Notes: generated by a model from the sequence alone, not told the origin. A DNA stretch of 64,000 nt from Chitinophaga pinensis (GCA_945874665.1 CAMCHJ010000002.1:37937-101936); one strand, 5' to 3'. Shown: positions 1-10,131, numbered from the stretch's first letter. Numbers and translations: made by a program.

Positions 1-1672
1 CAACATAGGTTAGGTGCCGCAAATAGTCGTCTTCGCCCTCAAAACCTTCGGGAATATCAAATTTGGGAAGCAGCACATCGCGCTTGAGTTCGTAAGAATC
101 AATGCGGTTGGCAATCTCTACAGTTTGACTTACAGCCTCTGGCAAATCGGCAAACAAAGCCGCCATTTCCTCTGGCGAGCGCAGGTAATATTGGTCGTTG
201 GCAAATCCAAAACGACAATCACGGCCCTTGCCAATAGGCGTACTTTTTACAGCCGAATCAATGATACATAACAAGGTATCATGGGTATCGGCGTCGCTCT
301 GCTTATTATAATAGGTGTTGTTGCTAGCAAAATACTTCACATCGTATTTGCGCGCCCATTGGAGGAGAATGTCGTTTACATGGACTTCCTCATCAAGGCC
401 ATGTCGCTGCAATTCCACGTAAAAGTTCTCCCCAAAATGCTCTTTCCACCACAAAAAAGCCTCTTCTGCTTGCGTTTCGCCTACATTGAGTATCAAAGAA
501 GGGATTTCACCAGTAATACCGCCCGTAGTAGCAATGAGGTCCTCCTTGTAGGTAAGCAACAACTTTTTATCGATACGCGGCACGTAATAATAGCCATCTA
601 AAAAGGCCTGAGATGCTAATTTGACAATGTTTTGGTAGCCGTTTTTATTTTTGGCGAGCAACACCTGTGCGTAGCCATTGTCTTTATTGGCCTTATCGTT
701 AAAATCGCGGCACACATTAAACTCAACACCAACAATGGGTTTGATACCGGCTTTGTGTGCAGCCGTTACAAAAGCAAAAGCCCCGTATAAATTGCCGTGG
801 TCGGTCATGGCAATGGCCGGTGCCCCAACAGCCTTGGCGTGATTCACCAATTCATCTACCCGCGAAGTACCCGGTAAGAGTGAAAACTGGGTGTGACAAT
901 GCAAATGCACAAAGCCTTTGGCATCAGAAACCTCTTTTTCAGGCATCCCTGTAGCTGCTACTTGCGCTTCTACTGCAGTCTCAGCAGCTGTTGGCAGAGG
1001 TTTATACGGTGCAATATTAAGCCCTATGAGCGCAATGGCCTTTGGATTGGCGTTTTTAAAGGCCTGAATACCCTCCGCATCTAAACCCACCACAGCTGGC
1101 TTTATCACCTCTAAACGAATGAGTTCTAAAAAGCAGCGGGTGGTAGCTTCTACGTCGGCCGAGGCATTGTGCGCTTCCCCAAAGGACTCTCCAAACAACT
1201 TTTGGTGCAATTCGGTGAGCGTGGGCCATTTGTATTTCCCCTTTCCTCCCGGCAAAGCGCAAAATTCAGTGGAAGCGTCTTTGGTGTCGATGGCGGTGAG
1301 GCTACCGAGCGGACTATCCATCGCCTTTCGCACCAACTCGCATCCGACCACATTGATATCAAAACTAATGTTGTGGCCTGCAATGAAAGTACACCGGGCC
1401 ATGGCCTCGTTAAAACGCGCTAACACGAATTCAAGCGGCATGCCTTCGGCTTGCGCCCGCTCGGTGCTTATTTTATGGACTTTTACGGCATTAAAAGGAA
1501 TGGTGTAACCCTCCGGCTGCACAATAAAGTTCTGAACATCGAGCAACTGTCCTTCCGCATCATGCAACTGCCACGCCAATTGCACCATCCGCGGCCAATT
1601 GTCGGTATCGGTAATGGAGGCATTGTAGTCGCGTGGGAGACCCGTGGTTTCGGTGTCAAAAATTAAATACAT
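1..1672 (-). CDS. dnaE: DNA polymerase III alpha subunit (DnaE), N-terminal part, with a fused N-terminal DnaQ/epsilon-like DEDDh 3'-5' exonuclease domain. The gene continues beyond the window start.
   Basis: Reverse-strand translation from the ATG at 1672 gives MYLIFDTETTGLP (Exo I motif), a HNISFD-type motif and EAHNASADVEAT (Exo III). A PHP domain follows (GFVHLHCHTQFSLLPGTSRVDELV, AMTDHGNLYGAF, YVELQRHG). One frame is open over about 1.67 kb. It is absent from the ORF track only because it runs off the window edge. Confidence 0.8.
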   Translation of the reverse strand, partial: MYLIFDTETTGLPRDYNASITDTDNWPRMVQLAWQLHDAEGQLLDVQNFIVQPEGYTIPFNAVKVHKISTERAQAEGMPLEFVLARFNEAMARCTFIAGHNISFDINVVGCELVRKAMDSPLGSLTAIDTKDASTEFCALPGGKGKYKWPTLTELHQKLFGESFGEAHNASADVEATTRCFLELIRLEVIKPAVVGLDAEGIQAFKNANPKAIALIGLNIAPYKPLPTAAETAVEAQVAATGMPEKEVSDAKGFVHLHCHTQFSLLPGTSRVDELVNHAKAVGAPAIAMTDHGNLYGAFAFVTAAHKAGIKPIVGVEFNVCRDFNDKANKDNGYAQVLLAKNKNGYQNIVKLASQAFLDGYYYVPRIDKKLLLTYKEDLIATTGGITGEIPSLILNVGETQAEEAFLWWKEHFGENFYVELQRHGLDEEVHVNDILLQWARKYDVKYFASNNTYYNKQSDADTHDTLLCIIDSAVKSTPIGKGRDCRFGFANDQYYLRSPEEMAALFADLPEAVSQTVEIANRIDSYELKRDVLLPKFDIPEGFEGEDDYLRHLTYV

Positions 1673-1853
1673 GGGCAATGGCTGAATTCCAAATTTACAA
1701 CCAAAGGCTGGCTTCACCACCCGATTTTTATCAACAGAAAATATGTAAAACGGACAGCTTGGCGGCTAACAAAAACCTCAGAACGCGCCCATACATGATT
1801 TGGTACAGGTCTAAAAAACCAAATGCCTTTTGGCATCCAATATTAATAAAGGC

Positions 1854-2285
1854 CTAAAACAACAGCGACAAGCCAATGCCGCCGCCACCAATACCGTTCA
1901 AAGCCCCATCAATAGCCAAACGCTCGTTGAAGAAATACATCACGCCTGGATATAAGATTAAGTCGGCACCGCCACCGCCTACAACACCAAAATTCACCCC
2001 TGCGTGACCATAAAGAAAAGTATTGTCGAGAATGCTCCAATATTTACGGCCCGAAACACCCAAATTGGTGAAAAAGACAGCACCATTGTCGCCAATTCTG
2101 AGATCACCACCCAAGGCGATATCGTCAGTTAAAAAATAGGCGCCGCTTGGGTTCAATTGCCAAGCTTTCCCTGCCGATTGCAAGTTAGCGCTGCCGCCAA
2201 TCATGTACTTACCGGCTGCTATTTGTGCTTCAGAAATGGTTGCCGTAGCAAAAACTACCGCAAGGAGGAGCAGGATTTTTTTCAT
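1854..2285 (-). CDS. Small secreted, Gly-rich predicted outer-membrane beta-barrel protein (hypothetical).
   Basis: Has a signal peptide (MKKILLLLAVVFATATISEAQ). Strands alternate aromatic and Gly residues, and the C-terminal residue is aromatic (…GLSLLF), as in OMPs. Confidence 0.45.
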   Translation of the reverse strand: MKKILLLLAVVFATATISEAQIAAGKYMIGGSANLQSAGKAWQLNPSGAYFLTDDIALGGDLRIGDNGAVFFTNLGVSGRKYWSILDNTFLYGHAGVNFGVVGGGGADLILYPGVMYFFNERLAIDGALNGIGGGGIGLSLLF

Positions 2286-2441
2286 GACTGATTTTATTTG
2301 TGATTCAAATTTAACCGAAATCTAACAAAAGGAGCTGAACCCACTCAAAATACCCTGCAAATGATGTGTGAATACGTATAACTCCTTACCTTAATAATAC
2401 AAAGGAAGGAGGGCGACTCATCATTGATTACAAAACAACGG

Positions 2442-3317
2442 CTACAAAGAAGCCCGGCCAAAAACACCCAACGGCAACTTCATGCCAGACCTAGCCTGCA
2501 AATAAAGCTCCCCACTTTCGCGTTGCTCTAAGCCGTAGTGCTGAGCTAAAAAGTTGTCTACAATTAAGGAAGACAAGCCCAAAGAATAGGCATTTAAAAC
2601 CAAAAAATGCCCCTCAGGATCGAGCAAACGAAATACATCCTCCATCATCGGACCAAGCTGCTCTTCGAGTTTCCAGCGCTCGCCATTGGGTCCCAAGCCG
2701 TAGGCAGGCGGATCGAGCATGATGCCCTGGTAGGTGCGGCCACGCTTCACTTCGCGCTGCACAAATTTACGGGCGTCTTCCACCAGCCAGCGGATGTCGG
2801 TTAAGCCGCTGAGCTCCATGTTGGAGCGCGACCAGCTTACCACTTGTTTTACCGAATCGAGGTGGATTACATCGGCACCCGCTTGTTTGGCCGCCAAACT
2901 CGCGCCACCCGTGTATGCAAACAGGTTCAACACCCGCGCCCCTTGGCCCAAACGCTTCACTTGCTGGGCAATGTACTCCCAGTTATCGGCCTGCTCAGGA
3001 AAAATGCCCACATGCTTAAAGCCAGTTAAGGCCAAGCGAAACTTGAGCTTAAGCTGCTCGCTGTTGTATTTTAAATACCAATGCTCAGGCAAACCCTTGC
3101 GCAAAGCCACCCAAGATCCAGCATTGCTGCCTTGCTGCTCAAAACGACCGTGCGCCATTTTTTGCCACTCTTCGGCCGACCAAACCGGCTGCCAAAGGGC
3201 TTGAGGCTCGGGCCGAATCAACACGATTTGCCCAAAGCGTTCGAGCTTCTCAAAATTGCCACAGTCAAGCAGTTCGTAGTCCTGCCAATGCTCGGGATGG
3301 TGCGCTGGTATCTGCAA
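2442..3317 (-). CDS. Class I SAM-dependent RNA methyltransferase (RlmI/YccW-like, without a PUA domain).
   Basis: Has an AYTGG SAM-binding motif and a DPPAYG catalytic motif typical of RlmI-type m5C methyltransferases. It ends 2 nt after lysS, so the two are probably co-transcribed. Confidence 0.65.
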   Translation of the reverse strand: MQIPAHHPEHWQDYELLDCGNFEKLERFGQIVLIRPEPQALWQPVWSAEEWQKMAHGRFEQQGSNAGSWVALRKGLPEHWYLKYNSEQLKLKFRLALTGFKHVGIFPEQADNWEYIAQQVKRLGQGARVLNLFAYTGGASLAAKQAGADVIHLDSVKQVVSWSRSNMELSGLTDIRWLVEDARKFVQREVKRGRTYQGIMLDPPAYGLGPNGERWKLEEQLGPMMEDVFRLLDPEGHFLVLNAYSLGLSSLIVDNFLAQHYGLEQRESGELYLQARSGMKLPLGVFGRASL

Positions 3318-3319
3318 AA

Positions 3320-4858
3320 TTATTCCCCTTCAGTTTTAGCTTCCGCCTTCTTTTCAGGCCGCATTTGCGGAAAAAAGAGGACTTCTTGGATGCTGTGACT
3401 GTTCGTCATGATCATGCTGAGGCGGTCGATGCCAATGCCTATACCAGCAGTTGGCGGCATACCATATTCGAGCGCACGCAGAAAATCTTCATCCAACACC
3501 ATCGCCTCTTCGTCGCCACGCTTACCGAGCTCCAATTGCTCTTCAAAACGCGCACGCTGGTCAATGGGGTCGTTGAGCTCCGAGAAGCTGTTGGCGATTT
3601 CCTTGCCGTTGCAAATCACTTCAAAACGCTCTACCATGCCTGGTTTGCTGCGGTGCTTTTTAGCCAACGGCGACATCTCCACGGGATAATCAGTTATAAA
3701 AGTGGGCTGAATGAGCTTGCCCTCTACACATTCGCCAAAAATCTCATCGATGAGCTTGGCGCGGCCCATGGTGCTGTCGACACCCACCCCCAGCTTTTTA
3801 GCGGTGGCGCCCATGGTGGCCTCGTCCATTTCGCTGATGTCGATGCCGGTATATTCCTGAATGGCCTCGTACATGCTAAAACGCTTCCAAGGCCGCGCAA
3901 AATTGATCTTGTTATCACCCACCTGCACTTCGGTGCTACCGTGCAATTCGAGGGCTATCTTCTCCACCAAGGCCTCAGTCATGTCCATCATCCACAAATA
4001 ATCTTTGTAAGCCACATACAGCTCTACTTGGGTGAACTCAGGATTGTGAAAACGACTCATGCCCTCGTTGCGGAAGTCCTTCGAAAACTCATACACCCCA
4101 TCAAAACCACCCACAATGAGGCGCTTGAGGTAGAGTTCGTTGGCGATGCGCAAGTACAGGGGCATGTCGAGCGTGTTGTGGTGCGTTTTAAATGGCCGCG
4201 CCGCCGCTCCCCCGTAAATGGGCTGGAGGATGGGGGTTTCGACTTCTAAAAAGCCTTCTTTATTGAAAAACTGCCGCATGGTGTTTACCAGCTGCGAACG
4301 TTTGATAAAAATGTCTTTAACCTCGGGATTCACCACCAAGTCAACGTAGCGCATGCGATAGCGCTGCTCAGGATCTGTAAATCCGTCGTAAATGTGCCCT
4401 TCCTCGTCGCGCTTCACCACCGGCAGCGGTCGTAAGCTCTTGCTCAAAAAGGTAAACTCTTGCACATGCACGCTGATTTCGCCCACTTGAGTGCGAAACA
4501 CAAAGCCTTTAATGCCGATAAAGTCGCCGATATCGCTGAGCTTTTTAAATACCTCGTTATACAGACTTTTATCCTCCCCCGGACACAACTCATCGCGGTT
4601 CAAATACAACTGAATGCGGCCCTTGGCATCTTGCAACTCTGCAAAAGACGCCTTGCCCATGATCCGGCGGCTCATCAAACGGCCTGCCAAACGCACTTCC
4701 TGCCAATCAGCAGCATCCTCGTCGGTAAAGGCCTGTTTAATGTCGATGCTGTGGTGCGTTACTGCAAAAGCTTCGCTTGGGTATGGATTTACACCGCTAT
4801 CGGTGAGCGCTTGCAGCGACTGGCGGCGGATGATTTCCTGTTCAGATAATATCGACAT
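3320..4858 (-). CDS. lysS: Lysine--tRNA ligase (class II).
   Basis: 512 aa with an N-terminal OB-fold anticodon-binding domain. The class II core matches LysRS ([50 protein letters not shown]). Confidence 0.95.
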   Translation of the reverse strand: MSILSEQEIIRRQSLQALTDSGVNPYPSEAFAVTHHSIDIKQAFTDEDAADWQEVRLAGRLMSRRIMGKASFAELQDAKGRIQLYLNRDELCPGEDKSLYNEVFKKLSDIGDFIGIKGFVFRTQVGEISVHVQEFTFLSKSLRPLPVVKRDEEGHIYDGFTDPEQRYRMRYVDLVVNPEVKDIFIKRSQLVNTMRQFFNKEGFLEVETPILQPIYGGAAARPFKTHHNTLDMPLYLRIANELYLKRLIVGGFDGVYEFSKDFRNEGMSRFHNPEFTQVELYVAYKDYLWMMDMTEALVEKIALELHGSTEVQVGDNKINFARPWKRFSMYEAIQEYTGIDISEMDEATMGATAKKLGVGVDSTMGRAKLIDEIFGECVEGKLIQPTFITDYPVEMSPLAKKHRSKPGMVERFEVICNGKEIANSFSELNDPIDQRARFEEQLELGKRGDEEAMVLDEDFLRALEYGMPPTAGIGIGIDRLSMIMTNSHSIQEVLFFPQMRPEKKAEAKTEGE

Positions 4859-4968
4859 CTACTAATTTTTCGGAGCGCAAAAATACAATCAAATTCTGAT
4901 AATCAGGGGTTATACAACGAAAAAGGACCGCCTTAGCGATCCTCTTTTTAATTTTTTGGGAGAAAGTA

Positions 4969-5517
4969 TTACTTGACAAATTCCGCCAACTTGGCCTCTA
5001 AAGCCGCACCGCGCAGGTTTTTGCCTACAATCATGCCCGTTCCATCGATTAAAAAGCTCATTGGAATGCCATAAACGCCGTATTCTTGGATGATAGGCGT
5101 TTTCCAGCCTTGCAAATCGCTTACGTGATAATCCCAGCTCAGTTGATCCTTTTCGATGCCCTGCAACCAGCGGTCTTTGTTGGTGTCAAGCGACACACTG
5201 TACACTGTAAAGCCTTTGGCATTGCGGAATTTGGTGTTCTTATAGGCGTTGTAGGCCTTTACCACATTGGGGTTTTCCATGCGGCAGGGACCGCACCAGC
5301 TGGCCCAAAAGTCAATCAAAACCATTTGTCCCTTGAGAGAACTCAATTTAATTACCTTGCCATCCGGCGATTCTAAGGAGATATCGGGCGCCATCATGCC
5401 GATTTTTGGACTCGCATTGCCTTGTTGGGCCTGAGCATCCTGCTGGCGATCGATTACGAGTGCAGCGGTCATAGCCAAAAGCACTACTGCAGATAAAATT
5501 ACTTTACGCATTTTCAA
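4969..5517 (-). CDS. TlpA/ResA-family periplasmic thiol-disulfide oxidoreductase.
   Basis: Has a signal peptide and a FWASWCGPC thioredoxin motif. Confidence 0.8.
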   Translation of the reverse strand: MKMRKVILSAVVLLAMTAALVIDRQQDAQAQQGNASPKIGMMAPDISLESPDGKVIKLSSLKGQMVLIDFWASWCGPCRMENPNVVKAYNAYKNTKFRNAKGFTVYSVSLDTNKDRWLQGIEKDQLSWDYHVSDLQGWKTPIIQEYGVYGIPMSFLIDGTGMIVGKNLRGAALEAKLAEFVK

Positions 5518-5847
5518 TATTTATGAAGCTAAACGTCGCGACAGCAAGAACCGTACATTCGACGGATAAATATACGCATTAGCTATGAATTTGGTTCACT
5601 ACTTATTGATGGGCAATGCTGAATGATTAACGCGCCCGAGCTCATATACCTGCCCAAAATCGAGGCTCGCTGGCACATCTTCCACAGGGTCTGTAAAAAA
5701 CATCTACATGCATAAACTATACAGGGATATTCAATGGGCTTTAACCAAGTGATGCAAACAGCCTTGTCAAAAAGTAACGCTTCATGCCGTTTGCTAAATT
5801 GATTATGAACTACGTGAAAAAAAACTCAGCCCGAAAAGCATTGCGTG

Positions 5848-6324
5848 TTATTTCCGCATATTCAAAGCGGCCATCACCGCCGAAGTCACAATACCCGCCA
5901 CGGGTGCAAAAACCGTTGAAATGAGTAGATAATTGGTCAAATTAAACTCCGCCTCTGCTTCCAACTGGGTCATCATGCCTTTATCCACGGCATAGGCAAT
6001 CATATTGCCGAAATAATCGGGTGTAATCACCAAACTCGTTATTAATTGGGAAAAGGGCGTGAGCACGGTGACGGTTGCAGTGATGATTAAGCCCGCCACT
6101 AAGCCCTGTCCGAAGCTCATTTTACCCCCGAAATCTTTCAACCGCTTCTGCCGCAAGGCTAAAAAGTAGATCAGAAACGAAGGAATCAGCACTAACATGC
6201 TCACCGTGGCATGCTGTTCAATTTTAGCATCATGAAAGCCGAACAACTTTTCGAGCAGCATCCAACTGAGCTGCATGGCAATGAAATAGATGCCCCAGCG
6301 AATTTCGAGCCGACGGTTTTTCAT
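5848..6324 (-). CDS. Small polytopic membrane protein (DUF4199-like).
   Basis: 158 aa with about four predicted TM helices. Proteins of this size and architecture are common in Bacteroidota. The family assignment is from memory. Confidence 0.5.
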   Translation of the reverse strand: MKNRRLEIRWGIYFIAMQLSWMLLEKLFGFHDAKIEQHATVSMLVLIPSFLIYFLALRQKRLKDFGGKMSFGQGLVAGLIITATVTVLTPFSQLITSLVITPDYFGNMIAYAVDKGMMTQLEAEAEFNLTNYLLISTVFAPVAGIVTSAVMAALNMRK

Positions 6325-6353
6325 AAAAGTAGGTTTAGTGTTAAAAAATTTGG

Positions 6354-6815
6354 TTAGGGTTTGAGCTGACTTTCGTACGTGCGTATCCAGTCTGCAACGG
6401 TGACTTTACTACAAAGTTCAGCCAGCAATTCGACTGGTACCTGCTCCGGCTTTTTAAACCGGATGCAACTTTTACCCATGTCGAGCTTTCCCTTTACACG
6501 CGCTGCATACTCCTGCTGAAACCACGCCTGTAAATCAGCATCGGCATAAATGCCCATGTGGTAAAAGCTGATGTGGTTTTTCTGCGAAGCGATGCCGGCA
6601 AAGGGCAGCGGATCCTTGGGGTTGCAGTGGTAACCCGCGGGATAAACACTGTGAGGAACTACATAGCCCAACATACCAGAACCCATAGCGGGCTCAAAAC
6701 CTGGAGGCAAAACAGCTAAAATGGCGTTGTGCAAGCGCTCAAATAGGTCGCGGCGTGCTTCAGGAACTTCCTGCAGGTATTGGGAAATGTTGTCGGTAGT
6801 TGGCATGGCGTTCAA
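6354..6815 (-). CDS. DUF1801 (YdhG-like) domain protein.
   Basis: 153 aa soluble protein. Size and sequence character fit the DUF1801 family. The assignment is weak. Confidence 0.4.
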   Translation of the reverse strand: MNAMPTTDNISQYLQEVPEARRDLFERLHNAILAVLPPGFEPAMGSGMLGYVVPHSVYPAGYHCNPKDPLPFAGIASQKNHISFYHMGIYADADLQAWFQQEYAARVKGKLDMGKSCIRFKKPEQVPVELLAELCSKVTVADWIRTYESQLKP

Positions 6816-6989
6816 ATATATAAGAAATTGCTATTTTCTTCAATACTCGCTGAAGCCAATAAGCATGAGAGTTACTAAACGATCTGCCTGAATAAATCAG
6901 CTGCATTTGTTATTGCAATAGGCCAGTGCGTTGCACATGGCGCACAAAACCCGATTAAAAGTAAGGTTGTCCAACTAACCTAAGTTGGC

Positions 6990-8048
6990 TCAAACGCGAT
7001 ACACAAAAGCATTGATATTCATACCCGCGCCTACCGAAGCAAACAGCAGCACATCGCCAGCTGCGATGCTTTGTCCTTCGATTTGCTTATGCAACAGCAT
7101 ATGAAACAGCGTAGGAACGGTAGCCACGCTAGAATTACCGAGTTTATGAATGCTCATGGGCATTACCCCTGCTGGCGCCACCCGGCCATAACGCTTAAAA
7201 AAGCGGTGGATGATGGCTTCATCCATTTTTTCGTTGGCTTGGTGGATGATGACTTTTTTAACCTCATCGATGGGAATGCCGCTTTGGTCTAAGCAAATTT
7301 GCATGGCCTCGGGCACTCTACTCACGGCAAACTCATAAATTTTGCGGCCGTGCATTTTGATAAAACGGGTGTTGGGGTCAAGTTTTTTGTTAAATGACCC
7401 ACCAAAAAACAGAAAATAAGCCTCATCAGCGGTATAACTTAAGGTGGCATGGGTGAGGATGCCGCCTTCGCCTTGGGTCCATTCGACCACCGCGGCCCCA
7501 GCACCGTCGCTGTAAATCATGCTGTCGCGGTCGTGTGGGTCGAGTACCCGAGATAGGGTTTCGGCACCAATTACCAGGCATCGGCGGGCCATGCCAGCCC
7601 GGATAAAGGCTTGGGCTTGGATAACGCCTTCGATCCAGCCGGGACACCCAAAAAGAATATCATAAGCCACACAGCGCGGGTTCTTGATGCCCAAAGCGTG
7701 CTTCACCCTGCTGGCTAAACTTGGTAGGATGTCGGTTTGGATGGCATCGGCCCGCACATCTCCGAAGTTATGTGCCAAAATCACATAGTCGAGGGTTTCA
7801 GGATCAATACCCGACTCGGCGATGGCCTGCCGCGCTGCCAAGGTGGCAATGTCGGAAGTGAGCAAGTGGTTGCTTGCATATCGTCGCTCTTGAATGCCTG
7901 TAATGTCTTCAAATTTTTGAGCAACAACATCGTTGGTGTAGGGAAAAGGACTGCCGTCTTCATTTAAAAACTCGTGCTTTGCGAAGTCAGCGTTGGTGAT
8001 GCGTTCGGTGGGAATGTAGGCACCGGTACCTGTAATGCGTATGGCCAT
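6990..8048 (-). CDS. 3-oxoacyl-ACP synthase III family protein (FabH-like KAS III).
   Basis: Starts MAIRITGTGAYIPTERITN. Has the active-site Cys context (FGCPGW), the HQAN His motif and GNSSVATVP Asn motif, and an ACP-synthase III C-terminal domain. Confidence 0.85.
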   Translation of the reverse strand: MAIRITGTGAYIPTERITNADFAKHEFLNEDGSPFPYTNDVVAQKFEDITGIQERRYASNHLLTSDIATLAARQAIAESGIDPETLDYVILAHNFGDVRADAIQTDILPSLASRVKHALGIKNPRCVAYDILFGCPGWIEGVIQAQAFIRAGMARRCLVIGAETLSRVLDPHDRDSMIYSDGAGAAVVEWTQGEGGILTHATLSYTADEAYFLFFGGSFNKKLDPNTRFIKMHGRKIYEFAVSRVPEAMQICLDQSGIPIDEVKKVIIHQANEKMDEAIIHRFFKRYGRVAPAGVMPMSIHKLGNSSVATVPTLFHMLLHKQIEGQSIAAGDVLLFASVGAGMNINAFVYRV

Positions 8049-8227
8049 ATTTCAAAGTTCGGTAAAAGTTCGCCATCCACCATAACTGCTCGAAATATTC
8101 AGAATTCTGCAAATAGCACCCGCCCTTGCTGGCATTTTTTCAAACAACCCCCATAAAAAACCAAAAAACAGCCGTTACCCCGCACCAATCCTCCTCCAGC
8201 CAACCCCTCTGTGATAAAACCCGCCAC

Positions 8228-8247
8228 TTTGAATTTTGAACTTTGAA
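8228..8247. promoter_or_regulatory. Three tandem heptad direct repeats (TTTGAAT TTTGAAC TTTGAAC) in the fabH-like/pirin divergent intergenic region. Candidate regulator-binding site.
   Basis: The repeats are read directly from the sequence and lie about 45-65 nt upstream of the pirin ATG. No function is demonstrated. Confidence 0.25.
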
Positions 8248-8291
8248 CTCAAAAAAGCGTTATCTTTCAATCGAAGTTTAAACATCGAATT

Positions 8292-9431
8292 ATGAGCAAC
8301 GACAGAAGAGGTTTTCTCGGCAAACTCGGACTCGGAGTTTCAGCCGTGCTGGCCTGGCCTTTTGCTGGATCGGCCAAAAACGACATCAGTATGGAAACAA
8401 CTACAAATACCAATCAGAAAATGGTACGCGAGGTGAAACCCCTCGGCTTTCAGTGGGAAACCGCAGATCCCTTTTTGTTTTGCGTGCACCACGAGGACAA
8501 ATTCCCCAAAGGCAACGAGCACATGGGTCCTGCCAGCTCGCTTGCAGGTAGACACATTGGCAACGACTTCATCGTGAAGGATGGCTTTAGGATGTACCAC
8601 GGCAAAAAAGTGTCTGGCTTTCCTGGACACCCGCACCGCGGCTTCGAAACCATCACCGTGGTGCGTGAGGGTTTGGTTGACCATGCCGACTCGGTAGGCG
8701 CCGCAGGCCGCTACGGCAATGGCGATGTACAGTGGATGACTGCCGGCAAAGGCGTGCAGCACTCCGAGATGTTTCCTTGCTTAAGCACTGAAAAGGAAAA
8801 CCCACTCGAGCTCTTCCAAATTTGGCTCAACCTCCCACGCAAAAGCAAAATGGTAGAGCCGCATTTTAAGATGTTTTGGAAAGAAAAGCTCGGCAAATAC
8901 AAAGCCTCCGACAAAGAAGGCCGTAAAGTTGAGGTAGAAGTGATTGCTGGTAAACTCGGCACTGTGGCTGCTCCAGCCCCTCCACCCGATTCTTGGGCGG
9001 CAGACCCGAAAAACGAAGTGGGCGTGTGGAACATGCACCTCGACCCTAACGTGGAATGGCGCTTGCCAGCTGCGTCGGCTGGGGTAAACCGCACCCTGTA
9101 CTTCTACCAAGGCGAAGGCATAGAGGTGGCCGGACAAAAAATTCCGCGCTACCACAGTGTAGAAGTGCTGGCCAGCGAATCGATTGTGATCCGCAACGGC
9201 AATCATTCATCTAAAATACTCGTGTTGCAAGGCCGGCCCATTGGCGAGCCCGTAATTCAGTACGGTCCTTTTGTGATGAACAGCAAGCAAGAAATTCAGG
9301 AGGCTTTCGAAGATTTCCACCGCACCCAATTTGGGGGTTGGCCTTGGCCGCGTTACGACCAAGTACATGCCCGCAGCGAAGGCCGCTTTGCTTTGCATGC
9401 CGACGGTAGCAAGGAGTTACCAAAGGGGTAA
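8292..9431 (+). CDS. Pirin-family cupin protein with an N-terminal twin-arginine (Tat) signal peptide.
   Basis: The N-terminus reads MSNDRRGFLGKLGLGVSAVLAWPFAGSA. The pirin N-terminal cupin motif HPHRGFETITVVREG is present and a C-terminal pirin domain follows. Confidence 0.8.
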   Translation: MSNDRRGFLGKLGLGVSAVLAWPFAGSAKNDISMETTTNTNQKMVREVKPLGFQWETADPFLFCVHHEDKFPKGNEHMGPASSLAGRHIGNDFIVKDGFRMYHGKKVSGFPGHPHRGFETITVVREGLVDHADSVGAAGRYGNGDVQWMTAGKGVQHSEMFPCLSTEKENPLELFQIWLNLPRKSKMVEPHFKMFWKEKLGKYKASDKEGRKVEVEVIAGKLGTVAAPAPPPDSWAADPKNEVGVWNMHLDPNVEWRLPAASAGVNRTLYFYQGEGIEVAGQKIPRYHSVEVLASESIVIRNGNHSSKILVLQGRPIGEPVIQYGPFVMNSKQEIQEAFEDFHRTQFGGWPWPRYDQVHARSEGRFALHADGSKELPKG

Positions 9432-9453
9432 TAAGCCGCTTTAAATAAAAAAA

Positions 9454-9486
9454 GGCCGTCACACAGCAGTGGACGGCCTTTTTATT
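9454..9486. terminator. Bidirectional rho-independent terminator between the convergent pirin and csp genes.
   Basis: A GGCCGTC stem with an 11-nt loop and GACGGCC, flanked by an A-run upstream and TTTTTATT downstream. Confidence 0.75.
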
Positions 9487-9498
9487 GTATTGAGACTT

Positions 9499-9948
9499 TT
9501 ACTTTCGTACGTTCACCGCCTGCAAGCCTTTGACCCCTTTTACGGTTTCAAAGCTAACGCGGTCGTTTTCTGCGATGTCGATTTGTAAGCCGTTGGCGTG
9601 TACAAATACGCTTTCTTGGGACTCGTGATCACGAATGAAACCATAGCCTTTGGCGGCATTGTAAAAGGTAACGGTACCGCGGCGCACCAATTCTTCGGCA
9701 GTAAGCGCACGCTGACGCGCAACCCCTACTTCGATATCATCGGCATTCACTTTGGTCTTTTTCAACGGATCCGGTGGGGTATCTACAATGTTACCAAAGT
9801 GATCCACATACACCATCATCTCTTCCAAGGTCTTACCCTTGTCGCTGTTGGTTTTGCGCTCTTCTTTCTTCTGATCTTTTTCCTTTTTCTTCTGCGCGCG
9901 TTTTTTCTCGTTTTCTCTTTTACTAAAAGTTTCTTGTGATCTGCCCAT
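9499..9948 (-). CDS. Cold-shock domain protein with a long Lys/Glu-rich N-terminal extension.
   Basis: The C-terminal roughly 60 aa is a canonical CSD (GTVTFYNAAKGYGFI…VFVHANGL). The N-terminal roughly 85 aa is a K/E-rich low-complexity region. Confidence 0.75.
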   Translation of the reverse strand: MGRSQETFSKRENEKKRAQKKKEKDQKKEERKTNSDKGKTLEEMMVYVDHFGNIVDTPPDPLKKTKVNADDIEVGVARQRALTAEELVRRGTVTFYNAAKGYGFIRDHESQESVFVHANGLQIDIAENDRVSFETVKGVKGLQAVNVRK

Positions 9949-10131
9949 AAATGTTTTAAAATGAAATGAAGCCTGTAGAAGGGTCAGGCATCAGAGGGCT
10001 ACGAAAAGTCCGAGAACGCGATCACCTGCAAAAGGTTTGCAAAGATACTAAAAAAATCGGACAGACAGAAATGACTGCAAATCAACAAGAACCTGTTCAC
10101 CTTGCCGTTAAAGTGGACCTAGGTTTAAATT

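Noticed and set aside
3365-4249. 294-aa ORF on the + strand.
   Set aside because: It lies entirely antisense to lysS, whose protein has unmistakable LysRS motifs. Its product is low-complexity with no recognisable domain. It is a shadow ORF typical of GC-rich coding DNA.
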